Part shown: piece by piece, positions 1 to 13,757 of the stretch
Layout of the letters: every line of letters starts with the position of its first letter
How positions within the stretch are numbered: the first letter of the stretch is position 1
Assembly: GCA_964016885.1 (NCBI GenBank)
Contig: OZ024754.1
Location: forward strand, 29,078,001-29,142,000
Origin: Eledone cirrhosa
Taxonomy: Eukaryota
Direction: 5' to 3'
Length of the DNA: 64,000 nt
Translations under genes and position numbers: made by a program
Notes under the pieces: generated by a model
Told to the model about the DNA's origin: nothing
Database searches by the model: none
What the model saw: only the letters and a program-made list of their open reading frames with translations

Positions 1-950
1 TTAAGAAGGTATTAAATAGCTTAAGTAATCTAATAATGTATTATCAAAAAATTATTAATATAGGATTAATAAAGATATAATAATATATTCCTGCCTAATT
101 AACAAACAATTAATAAACAATTAACAGTCAAGCAAATTTACTCAGGGATATCCAACACATGGATACTTTACACATATACAGCAAGATGAACAATATAGGT
201 GACCTTGTAGGTGCGATATCCATTGTGCGCATGCAATCATCTGCATAGTTCCGGGCACAGTTGGTCTTGTTGAAAAGTTCCGAGTTCACGAATCAACTGG
301 GATTCACTATCAGCTGTGTGCACTCTCTGGGAGATGGACCTGCTGATCAAACAGCTAGTGGTCGCAGGGTGTGCTCCGTTCGATCTTTTCCATGTAGTTT
401 CAGTCGTGCCAGTTATTAAGCCATGCGTGGGATCGCACGCGTTTGCGATAGATCAGCCTGCTGGTTCTAAGTCCAAGGTTTTGCTGTATAGGATATATTG
501 GTAAAAAAGTCCTGTTTTGGACTTGACTGGGGTGGTATATTGTGTCTCTCGCTATTATCCCCTCCTCTCACCAATTCCAAGTTCACACGCGACTGGTTAA
601 ATGCTAAGGACTGTCCCCTCTTTGTTTGTTGTTATATGTAGTAGGGGTCGGTTTTAGCTTAGATGGTGGTCGTATTATCCATGTTGCTTCTATATCCTGT
701 CAGTTATGCATATTCAAGATAGACCACGGTGTATATGCAGATATTTGCGGGTATGGTCCGGCGTCTATGCTATCTAAAGGATCTCTCTTGTGGCATTTTC
801 AAATTCGCATGTCATCTCCCGGTTAAGTCTGCGCATGCTTCGGTGATTCCCATGCATGGAATATTGGGGTATCATATTACACGGGGTGACTAGCAGAAAA
901 TCTTGAGTGAAACGTTGATGAAAATAATGAACTTACAATTACCTGTTATA

Positions 951-997
951 TGCCTTGAAAAGTCCCACCATATGGTCGGACGAAACGGCTGTCGGCA
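951..997 (+). ncRNA. Type-I hammerhead ribozyme motif with U3-A8 core variant
   Basis: tgcc-TTGAAAA-gtcc(c)acca ta tggt(c)ggac-GAAA-cggctg-TC-ggca, immediately followed by AATAAA. Confidence 0.7.
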
Positions 998-1101
998 ATA
1001 AACTTGTTATAATGTCATAAAAGTTCCTTTGTTCTTTTTCCTTAATATATATATATGAAAAAGAACACAAGAGCGTCTACAACATCAAAAGATTTTTATT
1101 G

Positions 1102-1148
1102 GCTTACAATGTTTCTTCCTTACGTAACCGTAGGATTCGTCAGAGCTA
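1102..1148 (-). ncRNA. Type-I hammerhead ribozyme motif
   Basis: Minus strand reads gct-CTGACGA-a tcctacg gtta cgta agga a-GAAA-cattg-TA-agc, then AATAAA. Stem I is short. Confidence 0.65.
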
Positions 1149-1869
1149 TAAAAGGGTTTGATTGGTGTTATGGACTCTACCAACCAAACATTCAAGAACA
1201 AAGAGTAAAGAGAGTAAAGAGCAAAAGTAGGGGACGATAAGTCTAATTTTGGTGCGGGAGGGTGGGGTGTGGGTCCTTGTTTACTAGCTGCGGTCATATT
1301 CATTCCCGGGAGTCGGGTGGTTAGCTGAACCATAGATGGGGTGGCGTCGATAGTATGGTGCAGAGCGTGCGCAGAGGCTACACAAACACAAAGGGCGTAC
1401 AATATATATATATATATAGCGGAGGAGAAAGTACATGAGGTAATTAGAAATGGAAAAAGAGTAATAATAATAATCTATAATTAATAGTGTATAATAAGGC
1501 ATGGGGAAGATTACACTATAATAAGGTATAAAAGTAAGAATAAGGTAAAATATAAAGGAGGATAAAAGTGGAAATAATAAAGATAAAAAAAATATATAGA
1601 GAATATATAAAGAAATATAAGCGAATATTTGGAGGGGAAAACACAATGTAAAAAAACCGATTTTTTTTCAAATAATAATAAAAATATAATAATTATGGGG
1701 GGAGAAAACGGGATAGAGAAATATGATCAAGTGTGATTAGTTGAGAGAATATAAGATGATAATAGTTATGTCAAGGTTATACATCTTAATAATAAATAAT
1801 CTGTGTATCAGAGTTGCAGAACCTTCAATACACTTACGGGTTCAAGCCACGTGGCGTGGTTGTTTATAT

Positions 1870-2660
1870 GCTTCAGCATGTACCCATGGGAGGTCGGGTA
1901 CCCTGTATTACTGCGTGACGCCAGAAGTCACGGTCGCGTGTCATTGACTTTGAGAGGTGTAGTTGGGTAAGGTCGGCTTTTATCACCTCATCCCAAGTCA
2001 TCTTGGGTCTCCCCACTCCGCGGTTTCCATCAACTTCTAGTGCTCTGCACCTTTTTATGCAGCTGTCATCCTTCATACGCATCACATGTCCATACCAGCG
2101 TAACCGCCTCTCCTGCACGCAGCATTTGATTCCTCTTATGCTCAGTCTCTCTCTCAATTCATTTATGCTTTGTCGTTCACGTATATTACTGTTACACATC
2201 CATCGGAGCATGCAGGCTTCGTTTCTCTCTAATCTACGTAAGTCTTCCACCTTCAGCGCCCAGGTCTCACTACCATGCAACATCGCTGTTCGGATACACG
2301 CATCATACAGTCTGCCTTTCATTCTGAGGGAGAAGCCTTTTGCAGCTAGCAGTGGTAGTAGTTCCCTAAACTTCTTCCATCCCGTTCTTACCCTAGTTAT
2401 TGTACTTTCTGAGCACCCACCTCCGTTGCTAATTCGGTCACCTAGGTAGCAGAAGCTGTCTACTGTTTCTACAGGGCCCTCCCAGAGATTGGTGGTACTT
2501 GTTTCCTGTGGCTGTTTGCTTGCTGTTTCAGCACAGCTGCTGCATGTGAATCCTACATTCTTAATTAAGCTTCCTGAGATCCCGCTACATCTCTTGTGTA
2601 CCCATTGTTTGCATTTGGGGCAAAGAATGGAGTTCCTACCTACACCTTTCCTACATACTG
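1870..2660 (-). mobile_element. RTE-clade LINE, 3' fragment
   Basis: ORF 1873-2322 carries the RTE C-terminal motifs (MLHGSETW, RRLRWYGHVMR, RGVGRPKMTW). The upstream minus strand encodes a Cys-rich segment (CRKGVGRNSILCPKCKQWVH). Confidence 0.88.
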
Positions 2661-2664
2661 TATC

Positions 2665-3205
2665 ATAAATACAAACACTATCATTATCACCACCACCATC
2701 ATTATCATAACTACAAACACTATCATTCCCATCACTACCAACACTACCATTACCACGACTACCACCACCAACACCAAAACCTCCCCCGCCAACATCACCA
2801 CCATCAACACCTCCACAAACACCTCCATCATCATCTCCAAAATCACCACTATTAACATCACCATCAACACCAACACCTCCATCATCAACACCACCACCAC
2901 CACTTCTATCATCATCACTAACATCAGCACCACCAACACCATCACCAACACCTCCATCATCATCACCATCACCTCCATTGTCATCACAAACATCACCACC
3001 ATCAACACCACCACAAACACCTCTATCACCATCAATACCACCACTACCACCACCACCTCCATCATCATGATCACCACCATCAACACCTCCACCATCATCA
3101 TCATCATCATCATCATCATCACCATCAACACCTCCACCATCATCAGCACCAACATCACCACTTCCTCCAACATCAACACCACCACAACTTTCAATACCAC
3201 TGCCA
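2665..3205. repeat. Degenerate (CAC/CAT/CAA)n trinucleotide low-complexity tract
   Basis: Visible accaccatcatc-type repetition; it produces the spurious Thr/Ile-rich and Val/Met-rich ORFs. Confidence 0.9.
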
Positions 3206-3544
3206 TTAAAGTCAACATGCTTGTTTTAAAATTGTTATTTTTGTCCTGTTCTGACAAGATAAGGAATTAAAATCTCTTCACTAATTGATTGATTCCGTCT
3301 GCTGTAAAAATGTTTTAAATTATTGATCTAGTATAAAGGCATATCTGTTTTTATTGATCTCCATCAATAAATAAATGAATAGACTTATAACACTCACATA
3401 AACAAGAGATAATTAAAACACATCCAAAATTAATTAGCTGATATTTTTACACAAAATAATTTCTTTAACAATAAAATTTTACACAGAATCTTTTTTGTAT
3501 TTTTTAGATAATTTTTATTATTTGTATTTTTTCTTAACTCTAAA

Positions 3545-3860
3545 CATCTTGTAATGATTTAGCAGAAAATATTTAAAATACGTTTGTTAATTCAAACGTT
3601 TATAGTATCTTTACTAATAGACAAATCATTGTGAAAATTTGCAGTATAAATTCTTGTCCTGTAATGATGTAGCAGAGAATATTTCAAACAAGTTTGTTGA
3701 TTCAAATCTTTATAGCATCTTTACTAGCAGAAAAATCATTTTGAATATTTGCAGTATTAATTCTTAAAATCTTCTAATGAATATTTAAAATAGGTTTGTT
3801 AATTCAAATGTTTATAGTAATGTTTATAGTGAACAAATTGTGAAAATTTGCAGTATTGCA
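3545..3860. repeat. Imperfect ~110 bp tandem repeat, about 3 units
   Basis: The unit gtaatgatttagcagaaaatattt...gtgaaaatttgcagta recurs near 3550, 3660 and 3775. A related unit lies at ~16868-16940. Confidence 0.7.
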
Positions 3861-3889
3861 TTAAAGAATTTAATATTTAATGCATTTAG

Positions 3890-4110
3890 GTCAGTGAATT
3901 GGCAATATCAGTAGAGCATTGGACAACATGCTTTGCAGCATCAAGTTAATATCCCTTTACATTCTAAGTTCAAATACCACCAAGGTTAGCTTTGTCTTTC
4001 ATCTTTACGAAGTCGATAAAATAAAGTACCAGTAATGCACTAGGGTCAATTTAATCGACTTTCCCCTCTCCCAAAATTACTGGCCTTATGCCTAAATCAG
4101 AAACCAATAT
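3890..4110 (+). mobile_element. tRNA-derived SINE with Deu/Nin-like central domain (diverged copy)
   Basis: A-box-like tggcaatatcagtagag, B-box-like gttcaaatacc, and central ctttcatctttacgaagtcgataaaataaagtacc. Confidence 0.75.
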
Positions 4111-4759
4111 TTAATGCGCTGTTGTCATAGTGCTGCTTTTGTACTTTTCAAAAAATCTTGCTATGTGAAGAATTAAATATTTATATTTTCTATGTTTTTA
4201 TATTTTTTTCAATAATTTTATATTATATACAGTCACTTCTCACTTAAAGACCATCTTGTTTAACAACTCACTTTTGTTTTGCGTTCATATATTCATGTTA
4301 TGTATTTTAAAATATTTCTTTGTGTAACATTTTCTTTTCTATATTTTTATTGGTTCTTTTTCCAACAAATCATTTTACTTTTTTATGTTTCGGTATTTTG
4401 TTTTGATGTTTGTGAAGGTTTTGTAAAATAAAACATATTTACTTTTACATAGTGTTTCTATTATATCTTTGTGAATTTCTTTATTTTGATAATACATTTA
4501 ATATAAAATGGATACTTAATAACTTTCCATACTTTCATGTTACTATTGCCCATCACATGACATTAATAAGATATTCAAAGATATTTTACTAGGTTGTTAG
4601 AATAGAACTCATTCGTTATAGGAGGAATTTTAAGACTGATTAATTTACTTTCTGACCAGGTCAGTGGATCAGTGAGATGTAACCTAGTCATGAAGTAAAT
4701 AATGATTGGAGTTTTTTATCTAAATTATTATTATTATTATTTTCTTTTTTGCTTTTTAG

Positions 4760-4961
4760 ATACTGAATCAAGCCGCAAGCTTAGAGAGGAGTTTGCAAAA
4801 GCTTGCTTTGAAACTCTGCTGCAATTTTCTTTTATCACTCGCACTGCTAATGAAGGGTCATTGACAAAGATGGCCGTACAGTCTTTGTTACAACGATGTC
4901 AAGAAGTTGTCAAAAACTATGTGGAAGATGAGCGACTCAGTGGAAAGTGTCCATTACCAAG
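4760..4961 (+). CDS. MON2: MON2 homologue (Golgi/endosome trafficking regulator), third-from-last coding exon
   Basis: Polypyrimidine tract plus AG at 4758-4759 and GTTAGT donor at 4962. Peptide [25 protein letters not shown]...[15 protein letters not shown] matches the MON2 C-terminus as I recall it. Ends in phase 2. Confidence 0.93.
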
Positions 4962-5448
4962 GTTAGTTGTTGTTGTTGTTGTTGCTGCTGCTCCCTAGAT
5001 CACTTCTGATTGAGCAGACCTATGCATGCATGGTCTTGTAACTCCTGTGGGAATCATAGGAACGCTGTATTGGCATACAGCATTTTAAAACCTGGCAGAG
5101 CCCATCTCCTCTCCAGGTCAGAATACAGCAGATATCTTTCAGAGAAGGATAGAGAGTGAGAAAATGGAAGTGAGAAAGAGATGTAAAGGAAGAATCGACA
5201 CCAGTACTAGACTGGTACTTTTTTATCAACCTCAAATGGATGAGAGGCAAAGTTGACATCAGTGGGATTTGAACTGAGAGAGTTGTGAGTCAAAATAATA
5301 CAGCAAACCATTCTATGTAAGAGATAATTTTATTTGAGATAATATATATTTTACACCTGCTGATTATTCCTCAGGCCTTGTTAATTATTACACTACATAC
5401 ATACATACACACACACACACATATATTCTATAACTCTGGCATTGTTAT

Positions 5449-5900
5449 TAAAATAAATGACTTAAAACCAAACTCAAACTACTAAAGACACACCAAAGAA
5501 AATGGTTATAACATTTACAACATAACTTATGAAAACACACTGCAATGCATAATAATATTAATAAGACTACAAAGGAAAAAAATTGTCTTTTCGAAGTATC
5601 AATCCCCACAGACGAGAATATATATTGCAAGGAAATGCAGAAACTATCCAAATTCAAAGATCTAGAGATAGAAATAACCTGAATGTGGATGATGAAGACG
5701 GAAACAATACCTATAATATTAGGTACTCTGGGGATGATAGAAAAAAACACAGTTACATAACCAAAACTCCAGGACTTACAAATATATGCATCATACAAAA
5801 AATAGCACTATTAGGCACTGCATACATATTACAAAAAATACTATCAATACAATGGAAACAACACCACCAAAATTCACACTGCACATACCAAGGTGCACAG
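5449..5900 (+). mobile_element. R4/Dong-like non-LTR retrotransposon, 3' restriction-like endonuclease remnant
   Basis: Frameshifted peptides including SIP...NI and IIQKIALLGTAYILQKILS, typical of the C-terminus of this clade. Confidence 0.65.
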
Positions 5901-5957
5901 AGCTGCACTCAATAATGCAGTGATAATGTGCAAAATAATGATGATGATGTTAATAAT

Positions 5958-6118
5958 AATTGTTTCTACTTTTGGCACAAGGCCAGCAATTACCCCAGTG
6001 CTTTATTTTTATCAACCCTGTAAGGATGAAGGCAAAACTAACCCCAGCGGGACTTTAATTCAGAATGTAAAGGGCCATATCTCCGGCCCTCTACCATTAC
6101 TGCCAATCCACCGCCTTA
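5958..6118 (-). mobile_element. SINE copy, internally deleted
   Basis: Reverse complement of the family head (ggcggtggattggcag) and tail (gtgccaaaagtagaaacaatt). Confidence 0.8.
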
Positions 6119-7260
6119 TAGTGATAATAATAATAGTAATAATGATAATAACAAAGCAACCCGATATGTGACAAACTTCATAAGGCCTCTGTCATAATCA
6201 TTACCCAATTTCTTTGTGTGTGTAATCATGCACGTGTGTGTGTTTGTTTAAGCACATGCATATTAGTGTGTGTGTTTGTGCATGCATGGCTGTGTGTGCA
6301 TTCACGTGTACATGTTTGTACGTGTCCATGGCTATGTGTGTGTGCATGTTTTTGTGTTTGTGTGTCCATGACTGTATGTGTGTGTGCATGTTTGTGTGTG
6401 TCCATGTATGTGTGTGTGTGTGTGCATGTTTGTGTGGGTCCATGTATGTATGTATGTATGTATGTGTGTGAAAGAATCTAAAGCTAATATACAGATGATA
6501 TACAATCTGAAATCAACTTTGTTTTTCATCTTTTGAAATTAATTTTTTATTTTCTAAAAATTGTTTGCTGAGGGTTTGGTGCCAAAGAAAACATTTTCCT
6601 TTTTCCCCCCTTTTCTTTCTTTAATAATCTAAACAGCCGATAATCAATAATTTGTCCATACATTTTATACTATCTTAAAACATAAATTGCACGTGTCAGT
6701 GTAGTTTTATAACTGCAAAATATTGCTTTTGTTTGTTGGTTTGATGACTTCAACTGATGATTCTATAAATACCACAAGTAAAAGATTAGCCGTCTTCATG
6801 TCCATAAAACAATTTCAGCGAGAAGATAAAATAACAGCAATGGAAAACAAAAACAAAAAACCGACGTTGAGTTTTTTAGCTATTTTTTCCTAATATCTTC
6901 TGAAGAGAAACATTATTCAATAAATCTTTAATCCATAACATATCAATCACACATAAAGGTATTTATTTGTCATTGCTGGTTATATTTTTGTTTGCTTAGA
7001 AAGTTTTCTTTTGATATTGGACCATCTTAGAAAAGTTTCTATAAAATTTATCTTTAGATTTCTAACATGTCCCTAGAGAATGGAACTGCCAAGTGGTTTT
7101 TCTCTATTTTTATTTTTCTAGCTTGTAATATGTGTAATATTTGAAATTTTCACACATGATAGACTTATGTTTGGTTTGTAGTAGTTGATGAAATATTTTG
7201 TTTGTTTTTTTTTTTTGTTTTTTTTTTATGTTAGTGGAACTTATTAATGTTTTCTTAATA

Positions 7261-7309
<49 letters not shown>

Positions 7310-7489
7310 ATGTATATATATGTGTATATATGTATATATATGTATATATAAATGTATATGTATATATAAATGTAAGCAGCAAAGTAAATTTCAATGATAT
7401 GAAAGATTTCCTGGTGAAAGTTCAAGTGTACTCTGGGTTGGTATCCAGTTTCGGGGTGAAAATCCAATTAGAAAATCCAACAAATGTTA

Positions 7490-10400
7490 TCATCAACATC
7501 ATTTTACGTCCGCTTTTCCCTGCTTGCAAGGGTGGGACGGGTCTTATTCAACACAGCATCTCTCCACTTGTCACAGTGTTTCGTCATCTCCACCGTGAGC
7601 TTCAGGGATCTGAGGTCTGTTCACTTCACCTCCACCCATGTTTTTCATGGTCTACCTCTACCACGTCTTCCTTCAACTGGCATTTTCTGGCACTTCTTCA
7701 CCCATCAGTCATCCTGCATGTGCATCACATATCCATACCACCGCAGTCTCCTCTCTTGCACACTACATTCTACCCCTCTCCTACACAGTTTCTCTCTTAA
7801 CACATCCATACTGGGTCATTCACGCACATTGACATTGCACATCTAACGGAGAATGCTTGCCTCATTTCTCTCCAGCTGTCACATATCCTCTGCAGTTGCT
7901 TCCCATGTCTCACTACCATGCAGCATCGCGCTCCTCACACAGGCATCATATAACCGGCCTTTCATAGACAGGGAGAAACTCTTCTTCATCAGCAGAGGAA
8001 GCAGCTCCCTAAACTTCTTCCAACCCGTGTTTATTCTAGATACTATGGCCTTGGAACACCCCCTCCCATGCTAATTTGATCTCATAGATACCAGAAGCTA
8101 TCAACCACTTCAATAGCACCCGCCTGCATTTGAAAAATGTGTCTATCAATGCGACTTCTACTGTCTAATTTCCCTGTACAGCTACTGCATACGTATTTCT
8201 CCCTACCTGTTAGTTTGCCTGCTATCCCACTACATTTCTTGTGTTACCCAGGATCTGCATTGTATGCATTTTATAGAATTTATGCCAGTTCCTTTTCTGC
8301 GTATCGAACATGGCCATTTCCCTGATGGAATCAGAGTTTTGACCTCTTTTCTACTCATCAACACTTTTGTCTTAGCTAGGTTTACTCTCAGTCCTCTTGC
8401 TTCCAACTGCTGTTTCCATAGCCAGAATTTATTCTCTAGCTCCTCTACTGATTCTGCTATAAGAACCAGATCGTTAGCATAGAGAAGTTCCCATGAACAT
8501 CCAGTCTTAAACTCCTCTGTTATGGTTTGGAGGACTATAATAAACAAGAGCAGGCTGAGGACCGAACCTTGATGTAGTCCTGCTTGTATCTGGAATTCCT
8601 CACTAAACTCCATTCCTACCCTCACTTTACTGACAGCACCTCTGTACAAAGTTTGCATTGTCCTCCCAAGCCATTCCTCAACACGTAGTTTCCTTAGGGA
8701 CCACCAGATGACAGATCGGGGTACCCTATCAAAGGCCTTCTCTAGGTCAACAAAAGCTAAGTATAGTGGCTTATTCTTCTCTAAGAACCTCTCTTGTAAT
8801 TGTCTCACCAAAAAGAGGGCATCTGTTGTACTTTTCCCAGGCACAAAACCAAACTGCATCTCATCTAGTTTGACCCTTTCTCTAATTAGTTGTGCTAATA
8901 TCCTTTCTGCCACTTTCATAACCTGATGCATTAGTTTTATACCCCTATAATTGCTCCTCTCCAGAGCATCCCCTTTACCTTTGTAGCAATTTATGAGAAT
9001 ACTGCTGCACCAGTCTTTGGTTATGACACAGCCATATATAGCCTGATTGATGATGCGTGCAACCAGTTTAGTGCATACGTCCCCTGATGCCTTCAGCATC
9101 TCAGCAACTATCCCCAATGGTCCAGGAGCCTTACCATTTTTCATTTCTTTAATCGCGTCTTGGACCCTATATTCATCACTCTCAATAGCTGGTCCCTCTG
9201 TCGGATCTACTGAGGGTAATTTCTCTCTCTCCCATTTGTTCTCCACATTCATCAGTCTCTGATAATGACATTTCCAGGCCTCATTTTTCTGATCATTCGT
9301 GACACTAAGTACACCGGCATCATTCCGGACACAATAATCTCCAACAGCATCCTGATTTGCATTGACACACTGCCTTGCAATGTGGAACACCGCACGTCTC
9401 TGATCTTCCTATCGCAGAACATTGGCAAACCTCCTACTCTCAGCCTCTCTTCGTGCTAAGTACACCTAACGTCTAGCTTCTCTCTTAGCAGCTGTATTTC
9501 ATTCTCTACTCCCACCCTTTTTCCAAGCCTTCCATGCTAGTCTTTTGTCTCTAATGGCCCTATCTACAGTGCTGTTCCACCACCAGGTCACTCTCTGTCT
9601 CATTGGAGCTCTGCTCCAGGCGAAAGTTTCATCAGTAGCCTGCAGTAAGTTGTCACGTAAGAAATTCCAGTTATTATCTATGTCATATGACTCTAAATCG
9701 TCTTCTTTTTCGTCATACACATCTTGAAGGGCTTTCCTAAATTTGTATTTTAATGAAAGGTCTTTTAGCTTCCAGACCTTTCTTCTCCACACCTTCCTTT
9801 ATGTCTCATTCCATCTCTTGCTTACTGAGATATCACTAACGACTAACCTATGCTGTAGAGTACATTCTTTCCCAGGGTATGCCTTGGTATTTGACACCAT
9901 CTACCTGTCCCGCTGCCTAACTAGTAAGAAGTCAATCTGGTTTATGTGCTCGCCTGATTTGTAGGTTATTAGGTGGTTGGCAGGTTTCTGGAAGTTAGTG
10001 TTGCAAATGGTCAGTGTACTTGCATCACAAAATTCAAGAAGTCTCACTCCTTCTTCATTTCTTGAGCTGTAACCGTGCCTACCATGTACCCCAGTGTAAC
10101 CATCCTGGAGTCCAACATGTCCATTGAAGTCCCCTGCTAGCATAACGATGTCTCCGTCCTCTGTCATTGCGGTTATTTGTAAAAGTTGCTTGTAAAACCA
10201 GCCTTTCTCTTCTTTACCTAGGCCTGCTTGGGGAGCATAGACAGAGATGATTGTCAGTAGTCTCCTGCCTACAACTAATCTAAGCTTAATTATTCGATTA
10301 TTAACTCAAACTACCTCTATTGTCTTATTGATCCATCTCTCAGCCAGGAAAATGCCTACTCCCCCTAACCCATCCTCCTTACCTACCCAGAAAATCTTAT

Positions 10401-10830
10401 AACTAAGATGTTTTCCTGCGATTAGTCTCGCAGAGGCACCTCTCCATCTCACCTCTTGCATGCAGCACACATCCACATGCCTTCTCTCCAGCATCTCCGC
10501 TATTCCACCAGATCTACCTGGGAGAGTGCCAACATTAAATGTTGCCACTCTGAGATGCGACGTCTTCATATTTTTGTTGTTCCTTTTCCTGTAGTGCGAT
10601 TGCTTGAAGATGGTCGGTGGGTCCTCGCACATGGCCGTACCAGCCACCCCACTACTGTGCGCAGCCCTAACATGGTTAGTGCTGTTGCTGTTTACGCAGT
10701 TATTGCGATATATATTTGTTGCTGTGCTCATAATTGTTTTGGCATTAATACACTGGTTGGATGCCCTTCCTAACACCAGTGCCACTTTACAGCATGGACT
10801 GGGTGCTTTTATTCGTGCCACCAGCACTAA
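7490..10830 (-). mobile_element. Near full-length decayed RTE-clade LINE (APE endonuclease + RT)
   Basis: APE motifs (LRVATFNVGTL, MQEVRW, LAGDFNGHVG, QIDFLL) and RT motifs (NYRGIKL, QFGF, FVDLEKAFD, GLHQGSVLS, LLYANDL), broken by stops and frameshifts. (GAT)n-like 3' tail at ~7490. Confidence 0.93.
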
Positions 10831-10919
10831 AGAGGATGTCTTACTGGACTCATGGGCCCTCTCTACCCCTCCATTTTACAGCATGGTCATAACAATAATA
10901 ACAATAACACTATTAATAG

Positions 10920-11170
10920 TTATTAATTAATGCAACCGTGCAATGCCTGTGCATGAAGAATATTTTTAAAGTGAGGAAAGACTGTGCACTGAGCCGATTC
11001 CACTCTCTGAGCGACAGCAGCTATAACCAGAAAAGAAGAAAAGATCGTCATCAGTAACTACTGAGCCACAGGTTTTATGTCAGAGTTAACCAAGTTTCCT
11101 GGGATGCTTTCTCCTAGAAGAATGTTCTGACAAGGGCTAGGCGTCCTTCACTCCCAGTGGTTTAACTGCA
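10920..11170. repeat. Dispersed ~250 bp repeat (second copy at ~46965-47215)
   Basis: cgtgcaatgcctgtgc...gactgtgcactgagcc...gtccttcactcccagtggtttaac is shared between the two loci. Confidence 0.8.
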
Positions 11171-11240
11171 CGATCGGGTATCCAGCCCGATTATTTCTAT
11201 GTCCCCGCGTGCAAAAAAAAAAGAGAAAAATATTCATAAA

Positions 11241-11289
<49 letters not shown>

Positions 11290-11290
<1 letters not shown>

Positions 11291-12760
11291 CTCTTTTACT
11301 CTTTTACCTGTTTCAACCATCCGGCTGAGGCCATGCTGGGGCACCGCCCTTGTTGCTACACATTCTATCTCCAGCCTGTGTTGGATGGCCATTTGTGTAA
11401 GGGGGAGTTCGTTGCTGCTGCCCTTAGGTTACCTTTGTACCATGCTGTGGGCTCATCTGCAATCCTGGATAGCTGGGTTTCAACTTTCTAGGCAGCTTGT
11501 TGAAGAGTTGAGTGCCTTTGAACTCCAGGCTATTGCAATATCTGCTACTTACTCTAGATCTGAAAGATAGGACCTTTGGCACCACACAGTGACATCCTAT
11601 TCAGGGGTTGGTCCAGGTCTCAATGTTTGGTGCTAGTCCCTCAGGATTTTCCATTTGTATATCACTGTATTTCTCTCCCATCTTCATTCCAAGGAGTAGA
11701 ATTTCAGTTCTTATAGCCTCTCCCAGTTACTCATCTCCTTCATCGTGGTAATCCTCTTGGTGTAGCTTCGTTGGATTGCCTCAAGCTCCATGGTTAGTTT
11801 GATACTATGGGGTTACCACAGCCGGGAGCAGCAGTCCAGTTGGCTTAGGACAAATGTCCTCCATAGTATCAACATGGTCTCTCGGTCTCTTCTCCAGAAA
11901 GTCCTCAAGAACCAGCCAACAAGTCGCCTGCACATTCTCAAAGAAAAAGATGCATCATTGCTCATGTCTATCCCCAGGCTGTGTATCGATTTTGACATGG
12001 GATTTCAATCCTTCCTGGTCTGGTGTAGCTGTGTTGTATTGTCTTTGTATTTGCAGGTATTGTAGGGCTTGAAATTTTCCAGCATTAAACTGCATGTTGT
12101 TGTCCTCAGCCCATTTGTATATGGATCTTGTTGTAAAAGGGAAGCATTAAAAGGGTTTTTGATTGCCTGTGCTACCTTTGTGTCATCAGCATAGCTAGTG
12201 AGGGATGTTGTATGTACTTCAGAGGGCATGTCTGAGAGAGCCACCAAAATCAGTAGTGGTCTCAAAACTGTTATTGATGTTTTCTTTTTTGAGGGTCCCA
12301 TTGGCTGCAACTCTCTGGCTTCTGTCTTTTAAGAAATCATGCAGCCACTCACCTACGTTTCCAGTTATGCCAAGTCTGTGTATTTTTTTGACATATCATT
12401 CCGAGGCCAATCTTGTCAAAGGCCTTCGCAAAGTCAAAATATATCACGTCCACATGTGAGCTGTCCAGCAGTTGTTTCAGTACCCAGTCATAGTGTTGTA
12501 ACAGCTGTGTAAGGCAGCTTCTTCCTGGGTGAAAACCATGCTGCATGTTAGTTAGGCGGTCCTTTTCCTTGAGGAACGTGATCAGTTTCTTTCTGATGAT
12601 TGGGTTCCATGACCTTAATGATATGTGGCGTCAGGGACCCTGGTCTGTAGTTTTTAGCCTCTGCTCTGCTTCTTCCGTTATGGCTAGGGCATATTGTGCC
12701 TTCTTTTAGCTCTCTGGGTAATTTACCGCTAGCCAAAAACCTTCTGAAGAGGATCATCAG
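11290..12760 (-). mobile_element. CR1/L2-type LINE, 3' RT fragment
   Basis: Peptides NYRPGSLT, QHGFHPGRSCLTQLL, DVIYFDFAKAFDK and SYADDTK. The 3' tail (AAAAGAGT)n at ~11290 recurs at ~48440. Confidence 0.85.
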
Positions 12761-12761
12761 T

Positions 12762-13757
12762 GGTCGTTTTGGAAGCCTCAACAATATTGATGGGTAAATC
12801 TCCGAGTAACAGAATCTGGTGATAAGAGAGAGATGTAAGAGGAAATGTAGAATGAGATGTATAGAGTGTAGAGGAACAGATGAAAGAGTGTAAAAATAAT
12901 AAAACGAGATAGAATAATTACCTTGGAAGTGATTCAATTGTCCCTATATTTCGGGTTTCGCATCCATCAATTGGGCGTTTTCCAAGGGGGAAAGTTTTTA
13001 GTTGGAGAGGGACAATATGTGGCCTCTGTTGTCTATCGTGTGTGTACAACTCAGCTACTCTGTAGGGCATGCGTGTGCGCGGAATAGCTGCGGTCAGACA
13101 AAGGTCTAGGCAGTTCTTCTATACTAGAGTAGTGGGGTGGTGATGCGTCAATGCATACGCATCTTCGCTGTCAGTTTCTTATATTCAGTCTTTGATACTG
13201 GCAGGTGTGGTGTTGGTATTGGTAGTCTGCCTGGTTGTTGTCTGTCAGTCGGTGAGTGGTGGACACGATATATACACAATAACAATCGCTCGATTGCTGC
13301 TGTGTATGCGTGTGTTGTTGTTTCATTTGTTTACACCAGCCATCTTGTCTCACTTCTCACAGATCGGTTATTTATTTGTGGTCCAAGGTGTTTGATCCAA
13401 AGTGCTTCCTTGATTCTTAAAGTGCCGACGTTACGTTCCGTCGCTAACACTGTGACAATGGGCCTTCCATCTTTGTTTCCGCATTTGATTATGTGTTTCT
13501 GGAAAGACGAGGCCCTGGTGTTGATGTGCTCCTTGATCCGGACTTGTAGTGGCCGGATGGTGCTACCAATGTAGAAGTCGTTACACTTGTCACATTCTAC
13601 CTATCTCGTGTTATTATTTTTACACTCTTTCTTACGTTCCTCTACACACTATACGTCTCATTCTACATTTCCTCTTACATCTCTCTCATTACCACCTGAT
13701 TCTGTTACCCGGCGATTTACACATCTGCATTGTTGAGGCTTCCAAAACGACCAATTT

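Noticed and set aside
2596-3270. 224 aa Thr/Ile-rich ORF resembling a mucin
   Set aside because: Low-complexity trinucleotide tract, open on both strands, with no splice context.
12935-13020. Possible hammerhead in the Penelope 3' region (minus strand ...ttgatgg...cgaaatatagggac)
   Set aside because: The core and stem II cannot be paired convincingly.
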